From NCBI GenBank assembly GCA_003242515.2, contig QGUS02000001.1, positions 12,853 through 76,852 on the forward strand: a stretch of 64,000 nucleotides of DNA, in the 5' to 3' direction. Below are positions 8,698 through 18,290 of the stretch, in pieces (positions within the stretch are counted from its first letter, which is position 1; each line of letters begins with the position of its first letter). The translations under genes and the position numbers were made by a program. The stretch is from Actinomycetes bacterium. GTDB taxonomy: Bacteria > Actinomycetota > Acidimicrobiia > Spongiisociales > ZC4RG35. The notes beneath the pieces were generated by a model. The model made no database searches. It saw only the letters and a program-made list of their open reading frames with translations, and was not told the DNA's origin.

Positions 8698-9819
8698 TCA
8701 GGCGTAGGTGAACCGGAGGATGGCGGCCGCATCGCCCCCGCCAGGCACGTCCTCCCGGCGAACCGCCAGGACCCTTCCCCGGTGGTACCAGACCCGACGG
8801 GCGACCTCGTCCACCACCGCGTAGGCGACGGCGTCGTCGACCCCGGCGAGCTCCACCGACCCGTCGTCACCGACGAGCCCGGGGATGACCGCGTCCATGT
8901 CGAAGATCAGCGTCTCCACCATCCCGAGGGTGGCGGCATGGGCGATGTCGGTGATGTCGATGAGGGCACGCCCGTCCTTCGCCCGCTCGTCGAAGGTCTC
9001 CCGGAGGGCCTTCAGCTCCGCGGCGTACAGCCTGTCGAGGATCTCCCGGGCCCGGGCGGCCAGTTCGCCGTCGGACATGGTCTTCGGGTTGCCCGAGATG
9101 ACGTCGTCCGTCAGGTGCGGGTAGGTGTTGACCGAGCGGTAGATCGACTGCAGGGGCTCGGTCGCCGCCAGGATCAGCGGCACGTCGCGGCCGGCCAGAT
9201 GCGGCTTGATCGCCGTGTCGACGGCCCGGCAGTAGATGCGGAGGTGGCTCTTCTCCGCCATCGAGCCCTGCGTCTTCCCCTTCGGGAAGTCGTCGTCGAC
9301 ATGGGCGATGGGCGCCGCCTCGACCACGCCCTGGGGCAGGTCGGGGAGCTCCACCGTCTCGGGCCCGCCTTCCGGAAGGATCTCGAGCACCCGAGCCGAC
9401 TTCTGGGTGAGCGCGAGGATCAGGGCCACCTGAGGGAAGGTGATCGCCCGGAGCAGGGGCTTGAGGTGGAACCGGTCGGAGACGGCGACCATCTCCTTGA
9501 TCCGGTTCGGGAGCCGGAAGGTGACCATCCACTCCGGGGTGGCGAAGATGGCCAGGGTCCTGGCCTGGTACACCCAGTACGGGTCGTCGGCCATCAGGTC
9601 CTCGAACTGGTCCTTGAGGTCGTCGATGTCCGACTTCTTCGCTCCCGCCTCCTGGAGCTGCCGGACCGCCTCGGTCACGAGGTTCTTCAAGGCGATGCGC
9701 TCGGCCCGGCCGTTGCTCGCCGGGTCGGTCGGCAGGTAGATGGAAACGGCTGCGTCGTGGAACGTCCCGAACAGACGGCTCACCTGGCCGCGGGTTGGGA
9801 TGTCCGTGTGAAGTCTCAA
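8698..9819 (-). CDS. Bacterial archaeo-eukaryotic release factor family (baeRF; Balon-like) protein
   Basis: AVSIYLPT, RLPN...VSDRFHLKPLLRA, PLILAA, GNP, C-terminal L7Ae-like segment GRVLAVRREDVPGGGDAAAILRF. Confidence 0.8.
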   Translation of the reverse strand: MRLHTDIPTRGQVSRLFGTFHDAAVSIYLPTDPASNGRAERIALKNLVTEAVRQLQEAGAKKSDIDDLKDQFEDLMADDPYWVYQARTLAIFATPEWMVTFRLPNRIKEMVAVSDRFHLKPLLRAITFPQVALILALTQKSARVLEILPEGGPETVELPDLPQGVVEAAPIAHVDDDFPKGKTQGSMAEKSHLRIYCRAVDTAIKPHLAGRDVPLILAATEPLQSIYRSVNTYPHLTDDVISGNPKTMSDGELAARAREILDRLYAAELKALRETFDERAKDGRALIDITDIAHAATLGMVETLIFDMDAVIPGLVGDDGSVELAGVDDAVAYAVVDEVARRVWYHRGRVLAVRREDVPGGGDAAAILRFTYA

Positions 9820-9897
9820 TCGCTGCCTCCTGTGTGGCTACTGACACCGTATGGAGGGGCCGGAGGTACTTCGTAGGGCCGTTGGTCAGGTTCCCGC

Positions 9898-9917
9898 CCT
9901 GGGCCAAGGGTCCCGCA
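9898..9917 (-). promoter_or_regulatory. DosR/DevR-like box upstream of the baeRF gene
   Basis: Minus strand TGCGGGACCCTTGGCCCAGG fits GGGAC-N4-G(T/G)CCC. Confidence 0.5.
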
Positions 9918-9923
9918 TGGGTC

Positions 9924-9953
9924 TTGACATGTGACCATTTAGTCACATATTGT
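9924..9953 (+). promoter_or_regulatory. Sigma70-type promoter with ArsR operator palindrome
   Basis: TTGACA (9924) ... TATTGT (9948), 6 nt before the ATG; overlapped by inverted repeat ATGTGAC-N6-GTCACAT (9929-9948). Confidence 0.75.
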
Positions 9954-9959
9954 GTCGGC

Positions 9960-10301
9960 ATGACGGAAGCGCACGAGGAGAGGGACGAACTCCACCTGGT
10001 GTTCAAGGCGCTGGCGGACCCGACCCGTCGCCTCCTTCTCGACCTGCTCTACGCGCGTGACGGCCAAACGCTCACGGAGCTGGAGTCAGGTCTGGAGATG
10101 ACCCGGTTCGGGGTCATGAAGCACCTCAAGGTGCTGGAGGAGGCGAACCTCGTCGTCACCCGTCGCCGGGGGAGGGAGAAGCTCCACTTCCTCAACCCGA
10201 TCCCGATCCGCATGGTCCACGACCGGTGGATCGACAAGTACACGGAGCGTCAGGTCACGGCGCTCCTCGACCTCAAGAACCGATTGGAGGAGAGTGGATG
10301 A
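9960..10301 (+). CDS. ArsR/SmtB family transcriptional regulator
   Basis: VFKALADPTRRLLLDLL...MTRFGVMKHLKVLEEANLV..RRRGRE. Confidence 0.95.
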   Translation: MTEAHEERDELHLVFKALADPTRRLLLDLLYARDGQTLTELESGLEMTRFGVMKHLKVLEEANLVVTRRRGREKLHFLNPIPIRMVHDRWIDKYTERQVTALLDLKNRLEESG

Positions 10302-10813
10302 GCGACCGCAACCCGCCCGCGACCCAGGTCTACCGGGTCTACATCAAGGCCACGCCCGAACAGGTGTGGCAGGCGATCACCGACCCGGAGTGGACCAACC
10401 GCTACGGGTACACGGGGTTTGCCGAGTTCGACCTGCGACCCGGGGGCAAGTACCGGGTGATCCCGAACCCCGAGTTCAAGGCGCAGGCCGAGGCCTACAG
10501 CGGCCAGCCACTCGACGTGGTCACCGACGGCGAGGTCATCGAGGCGGACCCGCCCCGCAAGCTGGTCCACACCTGGAGACTGCTCATGGACCCCGAGGTC
10601 GCTGCCGAGGGGCACACCCGGATCACCTACGAGATCCAGGAGGTCACTGGTGGCGTCGCCCTCACCCTCACCCATGAGCTCGAAGGGGCACCGAAGACGG
10701 CGGCCATCGTGGCCGGGCACGTCATCGACCCGGCATCTGGTGGCGGCGGCTGGCCGTGGGTCCTCTCCGACCTCAAGTCGCTGCTCGAGACGGGCAGCAC
10801 CCTCATGGGTTGA
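10298..10813 (+). CDS. SRPBCC (AHSA1-like) domain protein
   Basis: YIKATPEQVWQAITDPE, GEVIEADPPRKLVHTW, GGWPWVLSDLKSLLETG; coupled to the ArsR gene. Confidence 0.92.
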   Translation: MSDRNPPATQVYRVYIKATPEQVWQAITDPEWTNRYGYTGFAEFDLRPGGKYRVIPNPEFKAQAEAYSGQPLDVVTDGEVIEADPPRKLVHTWRLLMDPEVAAEGHTRITYEIQEVTGGVALTLTHELEGAPKTAAIVAGHVIDPASGGGGWPWVLSDLKSLLETGSTLMG

Positions 10814-10926
10814 GGGCATCGCTGCCCTCGACCCGGGCACCGTGGAGCACGGCCGTGGCAGGAGCCCGGCCCCGCTCCGCGGTGTCGCGCGCTCATCCAC
10901 TCCCACCGCAGCGGGGGCCGGGCCTC

Positions 10927-10955
10927 TTGACCCCCGGCCTCCGTTGCGACATACT
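10927..10955 (+). promoter_or_regulatory. trp operon promoter
   Basis: TTGACC-17 nt-CATACT just upstream of the leader ORF. Confidence 0.7.
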
Positions 10956-10964
10956 CCCCGATCC

Positions 10965-11054
10965 ATGGACCACACGGGCATGCGCTCCAACCGATGGTGG
11001 CGCCGCTCCACAAGGGAGACGGCGGCCATGGCGCGTGCCTGGTCCGGGCACTGA
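10965..11054 (+). CDS. trpL: trp operon leader peptide
   Basis: MDHTGMRSNRWWRRSTRETAAMARAWSGH*, tandem TGG TGG at 10995-11000 (alternative start 10980). Confidence 0.85.
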   Translation: MDHTGMRSNRWWRRSTRETAAMARAWSGH

Positions 11055-11107
11055 TCACTAGATAGAACGATCCCAGGCGGGTTCCCCGCCCGGGCATTCG
11101 ACATCCG

Positions 11108-11141
11108 AACCGTCTCCGCAGTCCGCCGGAGGCGGTTTTTT
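11108..11141 (+). terminator. trp attenuator terminator
   Basis: AACCGTCTCCG-loop-CGGAGGCGGTT followed by a T run; the 5' arm can alternatively pair with GGAGACGG (11015-11022). Confidence 0.85.
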
Positions 11142-11173
11142 CGTTTCCCACCCACCGACAGAGGGCCACCGAC

Positions 11174-12553
11174 ATGCAGCCACCATTCGACATCACCGCA
11201 GACCTGGACACCCCGGTGTCCGCCTACCTCAAGCTGAGGCCGTTCGGTCCGCGCTTCCTCCTGGAGAGCGTGGAGAAGGCCGAGCGCCTCGCCCGGTACT
11301 CGTTCATCGGGTTCGGGGGAGGCCTCGACCTCGAGATCCGCCGCGACCGGGTGGTGCTCGTCGGCGTCGAGTCCCCGCCTCCGGCGAGCCGGGACGGGTG
11401 GCTGTCCCTGATGCGGAAGGCCCTGGAACTGAGCCCGCGCCTCGAGCCCGCCATCGACGCCGTTCCCTTCACCGGTGGCCTGGTGGGCGCCGCCGGGTAC
11501 GACACGGTGCGCCACTTCGAGCGGCTGCCCGGCGGCCACGAGGGGGACGGCACCCCCGAGGCGGTGTTCTTCGCTCCCAGGTCGCTGCTGGTCTTCGACC
11601 ACCTCACCCGGCGGGCTGCCCTGCTCCACTCCGGCACGGAGACCGAGCGGCAGGAGCTGCGCTCTGCGGTGATCGAGGCCCTGGCCGGCCCGGTCCGGGT
11701 GCCGTCGGGAGGCACTGTCACCGCCCCGGTCTCCACCTTCCCGGAGGGCGACTTCCTGGCCGCGGTCGACCGGGTGAAGGACCACATCGCCGCCGGGGAC
11801 GCCTACCAGGTGGTCCTCTCGCAGCGGTTCGAGGGTCACGCCGCGGTCGACCCGTTCCAGGTGTACCGGGGGCTGAGGCTGCTCAATCCCTCCCCGTACA
11901 TGTTCTTCTTCGAGTCGGGTGACCTCGCCATCGCCGGGTCGTCGCCCGAGACCCTCGTCGGGCTCGACAGGGGAGAGGCCCGGCTGCGTCCCATCGCTGG
12001 CACCAGACGGCGGGGCGCCGACCCGGAAGAAGACCGGGCCCTCGAGGAGGACCTCCTCGCCGATCCGAAGGAGAACGCCGAGCACGTGATGCTCGTCGAC
12101 CTGGCCCGCAACGACGTGGGGCGGGTCGCCGAGCCCGGCTCCGTCGTCGTCGACCCCTACAAGAGCATCGAGCGTTACAGCCACGTGATGCACATGGTGA
12201 GCGGGGTGCGGGGGCGGCTCCGCGCGGGCATGGACGCCTTCGACCTCTTCGCCGCGGTGTTCCCCGCCGGCACGCTCGTCGGCGCCCCGAAGGTCCGGGC
12301 GATGGAGATCATCGACGACCTCGAACCGGTCGGACGGGCCCTGTACGGCGGGACCGTCGGCTACTTCGCCAACAACGGGAACATGGACCACGCCATCACG
12401 ATCCGGACCGTGGTCTTCCATGGAGACCGGTACTCGTTCCAGGCCGGCGCCGGCATCGTCGCCGACAGCGTGGCCGAGAAGGAGCACCAGGAGGTCCTGG
12501 CCAAGAGCGCCATCCTCCGCCAGGCCCTCGAGCTCGCCGGGGAGGGACTGTGA
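11174..12553 (+). CDS. trpE: Anthranilate synthase component I
   Basis: LLESVE, NPSPYMF, GSSPE, PIAGTR, EHVMLVDLARND, GAPKVRAM. Confidence 0.95.
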   Translation: MQPPFDITADLDTPVSAYLKLRPFGPRFLLESVEKAERLARYSFIGFGGGLDLEIRRDRVVLVGVESPPPASRDGWLSLMRKALELSPRLEPAIDAVPFTGGLVGAAGYDTVRHFERLPGGHEGDGTPEAVFFAPRSLLVFDHLTRRAALLHSGTETERQELRSAVIEALAGPVRVPSGGTVTAPVSTFPEGDFLAAVDRVKDHIAAGDAYQVVLSQRFEGHAAVDPFQVYRGLRLLNPSPYMFFFESGDLAIAGSSPETLVGLDRGEARLRPIAGTRRRGADPEEDRALEEDLLADPKENAEHVMLVDLARNDVGRVAEPGSVVVDPYKSIERYSHVMHMVSGVRGRLRAGMDAFDLFAAVFPAGTLVGAPKVRAMEIIDDLEPVGRALYGGTVGYFANNGNMDHAITIRTVVFHGDRYSFQAGAGIVADSVAEKEHQEVLAKSAILRQALELAGEGL

Positions 12554-13131
12554 GCGCCCGGGTCCTCCTCGTCGACAACTACGACTCCTTCACCTACAAC
12601 CTGGCCCAGGCCCTCATGCAGCTCGGGGCCGAGGTGGAGGTCCACCGCAACGACGAGATCACCGTCGCACGGGCCGAGGCCATGCGCCCCACCCACCTCG
12701 TCGTCTCTCCGGGCCCCGGCCGCCCCGACGACGCCGGCGTCTCCATGGAGATGATCGAGGTGTTCGCGGGGAAGATCCCGGTGCTCGGCGTCTGCCTGGG
12801 CCACCAGTGCATCGTCCAGCTGTTCGGGGGAGAGGTAATCCCCGCCGGCACCCTGATGCACGGCAAGACCTCCCGGGTGTTCCACGACGGCCAGACGATC
12901 TTCCGGGGACTCGGCTCGCCGTTCGTCGCCGGCAGGTACCACTCCCTGGCGGCCGCCGCCGGGTCGATCCCCGACACCCTCGCCGTCACCGCCACCAGCG
13001 ACGACGGCGAGGTCATGGGGGTGCGGCACCGCGACCTCCCCGTTGAGGGGGTCCAGTTCCACCCCGAGAGCGTGCTCACACCGGAGGGCCCGGCCCTCCT
13101 CCAGAACTTCCTCGCCGTGGAGGTGGCGTGA
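12550..13131 (+). CDS. trpG: Anthranilate synthase component II (glutamine amidotransferase)
   Basis: DNYDSFTYNL, SPGPG, GVCLGHQ, RYHSL, QFHPES. Confidence 0.96.
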   Translation: MSARVLLVDNYDSFTYNLAQALMQLGAEVEVHRNDEITVARAEAMRPTHLVVSPGPGRPDDAGVSMEMIEVFAGKIPVLGVCLGHQCIVQLFGGEVIPAGTLMHGKTSRVFHDGQTIFRGLGSPFVAGRYHSLAAAAGSIPDTLAVTATSDDGEVMGVRHRDLPVEGVQFHPESVLTPEGPALLQNFLAVEVA

Positions 13132-14162
13132 TGATCGACGTGACCGCCCTGCTGGAACGCGTCGCCGCCGGGCAGAGTCTCACCGAGGACGAGGCCGGCG
13201 CCCTGCTCACCGTGATGGCCGAAGGGGGCCTGTCGCCGGCGCAGGCCGGAGGGATCCTGGTGGCACTCCGCATGAAGGGGGAGACGCCCGACGAGATCAG
13301 GGGCCTCGCCACCGCGATGCGGCGCCTCGCCGTCAAACCGCCCCTCCCGGAGGGCGGGGCCTATGTGGACGTGGTGGGCACCGGGGGAGACGGGTCGGGC
13401 AGCCTCAACCTCTCCACGGGGAGCGCCATCCTCGCCGCCGCGGCCGGTGCCCGGGTGGTGAAGCACGGCAACCGGGCCGTGTCCGGCAGGTCCGGGTCGG
13501 CCGACGTGCTGGCCGCCCTCGGGCTCCCCATCCCCCTCCAGCCCGAACTGGCGGCGTGCTGCCTGGAGGAGATCGGGTTCACCTTCCTCTTCGCCCCGCA
13601 CTTCCACCCGGCCATGGGCGAGATCGCCCCCGTCCGGAAGGCGCTCGGGGTGAGGACGGTGTTCAACGTGCTCGGGCCCCTGAGCAACCCGGCCGCTCCT
13701 CCGTTCATGGTGGTCGGCGCCTTCAGCCCCGGCGCTGCCCGGGTGATGGCACGGACGCTGGCCGGCATGCCCGGCGTGGAGCGGGCGTTCGTGGTGCACG
13801 GCGCCGGCGGGTGGGACGAGCCCACGCCGGTGGGGCCGTTCCTGTGTCTCGACGTCCGTCAGGGACGGGTCGACGAGACGGTGCGCGACCCGGCCGCCTA
13901 CGGGCTGGAGCGATGCGACCCGGCGGTGCTCGCCGGAGGCGAGCCGGAGGCGAATGCCCGGAGGCTGTCGGCCGCACTGGCCGGTGACGACCACCCGGCG
14001 CACCGTGACGCCCTGGCCCTCGGCGCCGCCCTGGCCCTCGAGGTGACCGGAGCGGTGGCCGACACGCGGGAGGGCATCGACGCCGCTCGGTTGGCGATCG
14101 CCGACGGTTCCGCGACGCGGGTCCTGGAAGGGCTCGCCCGGGTGGGGAGCGCAGTGGCATGA
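13128..14162 (+). CDS. trpD: Anthranilate phosphoribosyltransferase
   Basis: DVVGTGGDG, KHGNRAVSGRSGSADVL, RTVFNVLGPL. Confidence 0.96.
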   Translation: MMIDVTALLERVAAGQSLTEDEAGALLTVMAEGGLSPAQAGGILVALRMKGETPDEIRGLATAMRRLAVKPPLPEGGAYVDVVGTGGDGSGSLNLSTGSAILAAAAGARVVKHGNRAVSGRSGSADVLAALGLPIPLQPELAACCLEEIGFTFLFAPHFHPAMGEIAPVRKALGVRTVFNVLGPLSNPAAPPFMVVGAFSPGAARVMARTLAGMPGVERAFVVHGAGGWDEPTPVGPFLCLDVRQGRVDETVRDPAAYGLERCDPAVLAGGEPEANARRLSAALAGDDHPAHRDALALGAALALEVTGAVADTREGIDAARLAIADGSATRVLEGLARVGSAVA

Positions 14163-14968
14163 GCGGGCTGCTCGGTCGGATGTCCCGGTCGAGCCGTGAG
14201 CGCGTCGCCGAGGCCAAGGGGCGGGTCCCCGACGCCGAGATGGCGCGAAGGGCCGCCGAGGCCCCGCCCCCGCCGCCGTTCCAGGTCGGGAGCTTCGGTC
14301 TCATAGCCGAGGTCAAATACCGCAGCCCCTCCCTGGGGGTGCTCGCACCGGGGGGCGACCCGGAGGACCGGGTCGCCGCCTACTGCGGAGGAGGTGCGGC
14401 CGCCATCTCGGTCCTCACCGAGCCGTCGGAGTTCGGTGGGTCGCTCGAGCACCTGAAGGCGGCCGCCCGGGTCGCCGGCCGGTTCGGCCGTCCCGTGATG
14501 CGGAAGGACTTCCTCGTCGACCCCTACCAGGTCTACGAGGCGAGGGCCGCCGGGGCCGGAGGCGTCCTCCTCATCGTCCGGATGCTCTCGGACCTCCAGA
14601 TCGACGAGATGCTCGAGGTCGTGGCCGACCTCGGGATGTTCGCCCTGGTGGAGGCCTTCGACGCCGAGGACCTGGAGCGGATCGCCGCTCTCGCTCCGGC
14701 GGAGTCGGTGTTCATCGGCGTCAACTGCCGGGACCTGTCCACGCTGGAGGTCGATCCCGGCAGGCTGCTCCGCCTCCGTCCCTTCGTCCCCGACTGGGCG
14801 CCGGCGGTGGCCGAGAGCGGCATCGAAGGACCTGAGGACGCCGCTGCGGTTGCTTCGGCCGGCTACAGGCTGGCGCTGGTCGGGACCGCCCTCATGGACT
14901 CCGGCGATCCCCGCGCGGCAGTGGCGGACCTCGTCTCGGCAGGACGGGAGGTGGTGGCGTGTTCGTGA
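14159..14968 (+). CDS. trpC: Indole-3-glycerol phosphate synthase
   Basis: IAEVKYRSPS, ISVLTEP, RKDFLVDPYQ, GVNCRDL, AESGI. Confidence 0.95.
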   Translation: MSGLLGRMSRSSRERVAEAKGRVPDAEMARRAAEAPPPPPFQVGSFGLIAEVKYRSPSLGVLAPGGDPEDRVAAYCGGGAAAISVLTEPSEFGGSLEHLKAAARVAGRFGRPVMRKDFLVDPYQVYEARAAGAGGVLLIVRMLSDLQIDEMLEVVADLGMFALVEAFDAEDLERIAALAPAESVFIGVNCRDLSTLEVDPGRLLRLRPFVPDWAPAVAESGIEGPEDAAAVASAGYRLALVGTALMDSGDPRAAVADLVSAGREVVACS

Positions 14969-15573
14969 AGATCTGCGGCATCACCGACCCCGGGGTGCTG
15001 GACGCCGCCGTGGCCGCCGGGGCGGACGCGGTCGGGTTCGTCTTCGCCGAGTCCCCCAGACAGGTGTCGGTGCCCGACGCCCGGGCGCTGGCCGACCGTC
15101 TGCCGGCGGGAGTGCTCAAGGTGGCGGTGTTCCGGAGGCCCGACCCGGGCACCCTGGCCGGGGTCATCGATGCCCTCCGGCCCGACCTGGTCCAGGCGGA
15201 CGCCGACGCCCTGTCCGGCATCGACCTTCCCGACGGCGTCGACACCCTCCCCGTCTACCGGTCCGTCCGGGAGGTGTGGACGGCGCCGCCCGCGAGACTC
15301 CTCTTCGAAGGACCCGCCAGCGGGATCGGAGCCATGGCCGACTGGGAGGAGGCCCGGGCCGTGGCGCGACGGGCCCGGGTCGTGCTCGCCGGCGGCCTGG
15401 ACCCGTACAACGTCGCCGACGCCATCACCCGGGTCCGTCCCTGGGGCGTCGACGTGTCCAGCGGGGTCGAGTCGGCCCCGGGCCGGAAGGACCCGGCGCG
15501 CATCACAGCTTTCGTCTCCGCGGCGCGCGCTGCCGCCGGAGCGATCGACGGGAGGACGAATGATCACCGATAG
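14959..15573 (+). CDS. trpF: Phosphoribosylanthranilate isomerase
   Basis: VKICGIT, GFVFAESPR, LAGGL, GVDVSSGVE. Confidence 0.95.
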   Translation: MFVKICGITDPGVLDAAVAAGADAVGFVFAESPRQVSVPDARALADRLPAGVLKVAVFRRPDPGTLAGVIDALRPDLVQADADALSGIDLPDGVDTLPVYRSVREVWTAPPARLLFEGPASGIGAMADWEEARAVARRARVVLAGGLDPYNVADAITRVRPWGVDVSSGVESAPGRKDPARITAFVSAARAAAGAIDGRTNDHR

Positions 15574-16777
15574 AGCGACACTGGAAGACCTCCTCGCCGG
15601 GCTCCTCCCCGACGAGGCCGGCCGGTTCGGCCCGTATGGCGGCCGGTTCGTGCCCGAGACGCTGATGGCGGCGCTGACCCGCCTGGAGGACGGGATCCGG
15701 GACGTGTTCCATTCGGAGCGGTTCGGCCACCTGCTCAGCGCCGAGCTGGTCGACTGGGTGGGCCGCCCCACCGCCCTGACCCGCGCCCGCACCCTCGGGG
15801 CGGAGTGGGGCGTCGAGCTCTACCTGAAGCGGGAGGACCTGGCCCACACCGGAGCACACAAGATCAACAACGCCATCGGCCAGGCGCTCCTCGCCCGCGA
15901 GCTCGGCGCCAGGCGGGTCGTGGCCGAGACCGGCGCCGGTCAGCACGGCGTGGCCGCGGCCGCCGCCTGCGCCCGGGTCGGAGTCCCGTGCACCGTCTAC
16001 ATGGGCGCCGTGGACGTGCAACGGCAGGCGCCCAACGTCGACCGGATGCGCCGCCTCGGGGCCGAGGTGGTGGCGGTCGAGACCGGTGACCAGACGCTGC
16101 GGGCCGCCATCGACGAGGCGATCCGCGACTGGGTCAGCGACCCGGAGGGGACCTACTACATGATCGGGTCCGCGATCGGCCCCCACCCTTACCCCTACCT
16201 GGTGCGGGAGCTTCAGGCCGTGATCGGCAGGGAGGCGCGCGCCCAGATGGAAGGCACGGTCGGCCTGCCCGACGCGGTGTTCGCCTGCGTGGGCGGCGGC
16301 TCGAACGCCATCGGTCTGTTCCACGGCTTCCTCGACGCTCCGACGGTCGAGATCTTCGGGGTCGAGGCAGGTGGCCGGGGTGAGGGTCTCGGCGAGCACG
16401 CCGCCACCGTCTCCCGGGGCCGGCCCGGCGTGCTCCACGGCACCTATTCCAGGCTGCTCTACGACGACGACGGGCAGATCCAGGAGACCCACTCCGTCTC
16501 GGCAGGTCTCGACTACCCGGGTGTCGGTCCCGAGCACGCCTTCCTCGCCGACATCGGCAGGGTCACCTACTTCGCCGTCTCCGACGACGAGGCCCTGGAC
16601 GCCCTCGACCGGTGCTGCAGGGCGGAGGGGATCCTCCCGGCGCTGGAGAGCGCCCACGCCCTGGCCGGAGCGCGGCGGTGGGCGCGGGAGAACCCGGGGG
16701 CCCGCGTCCTGGTCGGCCTCTCCGGTCGCGGGGACAAGGACATGCCCATCCTCACCGCCCTGGGAGGCCGGCCATGA
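15560..16777 (+). CDS. trpB: Tryptophan synthase beta chain
   Basis: LKREDLAHTGAHKINN, ETGAGQHG, CVGGGSNAIG, SAGLDYPGVGPEH. Confidence 0.97.
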   Translation: MITDRATLEDLLAGLLPDEAGRFGPYGGRFVPETLMAALTRLEDGIRDVFHSERFGHLLSAELVDWVGRPTALTRARTLGAEWGVELYLKREDLAHTGAHKINNAIGQALLARELGARRVVAETGAGQHGVAAAAACARVGVPCTVYMGAVDVQRQAPNVDRMRRLGAEVVAVETGDQTLRAAIDEAIRDWVSDPEGTYYMIGSAIGPHPYPYLVRELQAVIGREARAQMEGTVGLPDAVFACVGGGSNAIGLFHGFLDAPTVEIFGVEAGGRGEGLGEHAATVSRGRPGVLHGTYSRLLYDDDGQIQETHSVSAGLDYPGVGPEHAFLADIGRVTYFAVSDDEALDALDRCCRAEGILPALESAHALAGARRWARENPGARVLVGLSGRGDKDMPILTALGGRP

Positions 16778-17535
16778 TCGAGCCCAGGCAGGCGATCCAG
16801 CAGGCCATCGAGGGAAGCGAAGGTCCCGCGGTGGTGGCCTATCTGACCGCCGGCCACCCCGACCCCGACCGCTTCCTCGCCGACCTCGACGCCGTGGCAT
16901 CGGCCGCCGACGTGGTGGAGGTCGGGGTGCCGTTCTCCGACCCGATGGCCGACGGCGTGACCATCCAGCGGGCCAGCCACGCCGCCATCTCGAAGGGTGT
17001 GAGCCTGCGCTGGATCCTGGCCCGGCTGCGGGAGCGGGCCACCGGGCCCGGAGCCCCGGTGCTGCTGATGAGCTATCTGAACCCGCTGCTCGTCCACGGT
17101 TACGAGCGGCTCGCCGACGAGGCCGCACTCGCGGGGGTGGCGGGGTTCATCGTCCCCGACCTGCCGCTCGAGGAGTCGGAGCCGCTGCGCTCCGCACTGG
17201 AGCGGAACGGGCTGGCCCTGGTCCAGCTGGTGACCCCTGCCACGCGGGCGGAGCGGGTCCGCACCCTCGCCGCGGCCAGCTCCGGGTTCGTCTATGCGGT
17301 GACCCGGACCGGCACCACGGGCTCAGGTGCCCTCGCCGCCGACCTCGCCGGTTACCTCGGCATGGTGAAGGCGGCTTCCGACCTGCCCGTCTGCGCCGGG
17401 TTCGGCGTCAGGTCGCGGGAGCAGGTCGCCGAGATCGGGCGTCATGCCGATGGGGTGATCGTCGGCTCGGCCCTGGTCGAGGTGCTGGAGCGTGGGGAGG
17501 ACCCGGCGGCCTTCCTGTCGGGGCTACGACCCTGA
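16774..17535 (+). CDS. trpA: Tryptophan synthase alpha chain
   Basis: EVGVPFSDPMADGVTIQ, LMSYLNP, VPDLPLEE, GFGV, DGVIVGSALV. Confidence 0.96.
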   Translation: MIEPRQAIQQAIEGSEGPAVVAYLTAGHPDPDRFLADLDAVASAADVVEVGVPFSDPMADGVTIQRASHAAISKGVSLRWILARLRERATGPGAPVLLMSYLNPLLVHGYERLADEAALAGVAGFIVPDLPLEESEPLRSALERNGLALVQLVTPATRAERVRTLAAASSGFVYAVTRTGTTGSGALAADLAGYLGMVKAASDLPVCAGFGVRSREQVAEIGRHADGVIVGSALVEVLERGEDPAAFLSGLRP

Positions 17536-17907
17536 GCTGTCGCCGTCGCCGTTCGCCTCCGCCGCCCGGGCGAGGTCCTCGGTGAGCTCGTCGACGGCCA
17601 TCTGGTCCGGGTCGATCTTCCCCGTGCGGTAGGCGGCCCGGGCCACGAAGGTGGCCGACACCGGTGCCGTGATCAACTGGAACAGCCCCACCAGGATCAG
17701 GGTCGCGGTGACCGCGGCCGAGCGCAGCCGCAGGGCCAGTCCGATCAGCGCCAGGATCACGCCGACCACCTGGGGCTTGGCGCCCGCATGGATCCGGGAC
17801 AGGAGGTCGGGGAAGCGGAGCACGCCGATCCCTGCGATCAGCGTGAAGACCGAGCCGAGCAGGAAGCAGACGGCGGCCAGGACGTCGGCGACAGTGTCCC
17901 AGGTCAC
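17524..17907 (-). CDS. mrpG: Na+/H+ antiporter subunit G
   Basis: GVLRFPDLLSRIHAGAKP, FQLITAPVS. Confidence 0.92.
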   Translation of the reverse strand: MTWDTVADVLAAVCFLLGSVFTLIAGIGVLRFPDLLSRIHAGAKPQVVGVILALIGLALRLRSAAVTATLILVGLFQLITAPVSATFVARAAYRTGKIDPDQMAVDELTEDLARAAEANGDGDSSGS

Positions 17908-18290
17908 GGCGCCAGCTCCTCGTCCCGGCGGGCCTTGGCCTCCGCCTCGGCGAGGACCGCGGCCTCCTCCTCGCGTCTGATGGCCTCCTCCTCGGCGGCC
18001 ACCTCCTCGGGCGTCTTGATGCGCCTCGCGTCCTCCGGCTCCACGGACACGTACCGGGCGACGGTGACCGACGAGATGAAGCCGACGAGTGCCAGGGCGG
18101 CCAGGATCGGCACGGTCTCGGTGCGGAGGTTCACGGCCGCGTCCAGGGCGACGGCGATGATCAGGACGTTGCTCACGATGTCCAGGGCGACGATGCGGTC
18201 GAGCGTCGTGGGCCCCTTCTCCACACGGATCACGGTCAGGATGGCGCCCACGGCCAGCATGGCTCCGGAGATCAGACCGACCACCCTCAC
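17904..18290 (-). CDS. mrpF: Na+/H+ antiporter subunit F
   Basis: GPTTLDRIVALD, LALVGFISSVTVARY. Confidence 0.92.
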   Translation of the reverse strand: MRVVGLISGAMLAVGAILTVIRVEKGPTTLDRIVALDIVSNVLIIAVALDAAVNLRTETVPILAALALVGFISSVTVARYVSVEPEDARRIKTPEEVAAEEEAIRREEEAAVLAEAEAKARRDEELAP

